64,000 nt of DNA from an uncultured Gemmatimonadales bacterium (lineage in GTDB: Bacteria > Gemmatimonadota > Gemmatimonadetes > Longimicrobiales > Gaopeijiaceae): assembly GCA_963823035.1 (NCBI GenBank), contig CAWGKG010000004.1, forward strand, positions 288,001 to 352,000. The letters are read 5' to 3'. Shown piece after piece: positions 62,874-64,000 of the stretch. The notes under the pieces were generated by a model. The model was not told the origin of the DNA and did not search any database. It saw only the letters and a program-made list of their open reading frames with translations. The position numbers and the translations under genes are program-made. Position 1 is the stretch's first letter. Each line of letters starts with the position of its first letter.

Positions 62874-63902
62874 GTGCTGAGCGCAGAGGATTACCGGGCC
62901 GTTTTCGAGGCGTCGCCGGATGGGATCATGGTCGTGGACGAGGAGGGTGTGATCCGCGACCTGAACGCCCAGGTGGAGGCGCTGTTCGGATTCGCGCGGG
63001 AAGAGCTACTCGGTGAGGCGGTGGAGATGCTCCTGCCCGACGCGTTCCGCACGGCGCACCGCGAGCATCGGAAGCGCTTCGTGCGGAATCCCCACGCCCG
63101 ACCCATGGGTGCGGGGCTCGAACTCCAGGGCCGGCGCCGGGACGGGACGGTCTTCCCGGTGGAGATCAGCCTGAGCCCGTGGAGGCGGGAGCAGGATCGA
63201 CGGGTGATCTGCGCGATCCGCGACATCACCGACCGCAAGCGCCTGCAGGACTTCTCGGAAGGCGCGCTCCGCTCGGTGGAGGAGGAGCGCCAGCGGATCG
63301 CACGCGAGCTCCACGACGACACGGCGCAGCGGCTGGCGACGCTCATGCTTCGCGTGCGGCTGCTCGGGATGGAGACCGACGAGGACCGGCGGCGGTTCGC
63401 CCTCGAGGAGCTGCGCGAGCAGATCCTGGAGGCCGCCGAAGGGGTGAAGCGGATCGCGCGCGGGCTGCGTCCGCCGGAGCTGGAGGAGGTCGGGCTGGTG
63501 TCGGCGTTCCACGCGCACCTGCGGAACCTTCGCGAGTCCACGGGGATCGAGGTGGAAGCCCACCTCGATTCCGTGGATCACTTGTTGAGCGACGAGGCGA
63601 AGCTGGCGCTGTACCGCATCGTCCAGGAGTCGCTCAGCAACGCGGTGCGCCACTCCGGCGCGGCGCGCGTCCGTCTGGCGCTTCGGGTGGAGAACTCCGT
63701 CGTCTCGGCGGAGGTGGAGGACGACGGGCGGGGTTTCCGGTCCGATCGCGTTTCGGAGCAGGGAGGAGGCCTCGGCCTGGTGGGGATGCAGGAACGGGCG
63801 GTCATGATCGGCGCCCGCATCACGGTGGACAGCACCCCCGGCGAGGGTACGCGCGTACGGGTCGAACTCCCTTCTTCGGCCGTGGAGGCCAAGAATGCCT
63901 GA
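62874..63902 (+). CDS. cytoplasmic PAS-HisKA_3 sensor histidine kinase
   Basis: FixL-like PAS ([32 protein letters not shown]); [36 protein letters not shown]. Confidence 0.93.
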   Translation: MLSAEDYRAVFEASPDGIMVVDEEGVIRDLNAQVEALFGFAREELLGEAVEMLLPDAFRTAHREHRKRFVRNPHARPMGAGLELQGRRRDGTVFPVEISLSPWRREQDRRVICAIRDITDRKRLQDFSEGALRSVEEERQRIARELHDDTAQRLATLMLRVRLLGMETDEDRRRFALEELREQILEAAEGVKRIARGLRPPELEEVGLVSAFHAHLRNLRESTGIEVEAHLDSVDHLLSDEAKLALYRIVQESLSNAVRHSGAARVRLALRVENSVVSAEVEDDGRGFRSDRVSEQGGGLGLVGMQERAVMIGARITVDSTPGEGTRVRVELPSSAVEAKNA

Positions 63903-64000
63903 AGGAACCAGGATTCTCCTCGTCGATGATCACGCGATGTTCCGCGCGGGGATCAAGGCGCTGCTGGAGGCGGAGGGGCGCCTACAGGTCGTGGGCGAGG
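63895..64000 (+). CDS. NarL/FixJ-type response regulator (5' part; runs off window end)
   Basis: [29 protein letters not shown]; overlaps the kinase stop. Confidence 0.88.
   Translation, partial: MPEGTRILLVDDHAMFRAGIKALLEAEGRLQVVGE

Noticed and set aside
1..64000. tRNA, rRNA, IS, integrase or prophage genes
   Set aside because: None recognised; coding space is accounted for by other genes.

Overview
Very GC-rich (by eye >70%) bacterial chromosomal segment. The gene content (PadR-coupled orphan MacB-like permeases, DUF5916, tricorn, sortilin-like and many exported proteins) suggests Gemmatimonadota or a similar lineage; this is an inference. About 50 CDS: a pstC-pstA-pstB-pstS-porin phosphate locus, three orphan duplicated ABC permeases, three PadR regulators, many secreted hydrolases (tricorn S41, serine hydrolase, S9, M1, metzincin, GH38, BNR propeller), menH, a GGDEF protein, an Fpg/Nei glycosylase, an Rrf2 regulator, and at the right end a CBS-USP-kinase / PAS-kinase-NarL-type regulator module. 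Roughly 40 single-base frameshifts look like long-read consensus errors. Several larger deletion scars look like real gene decay or mis-assembly. Best candidate novelty: a membrane HisKA_3 kinase whose phospho-acceptor His-Asp is replaced by Tyr-Ser (a DivL-like pseudokinase), transcribed divergently from an intact paralogous PAS kinase and response regulator, and lying directly upstream of USP and CBS genes. Also visible are candidate operators: 11-bp-period GTTAC Pho boxes, a different palindrome before each PadR gene, and one before the Rrf2 gene. I saw no rRNA, tRNA, CRISPR array, transposase or integrase.
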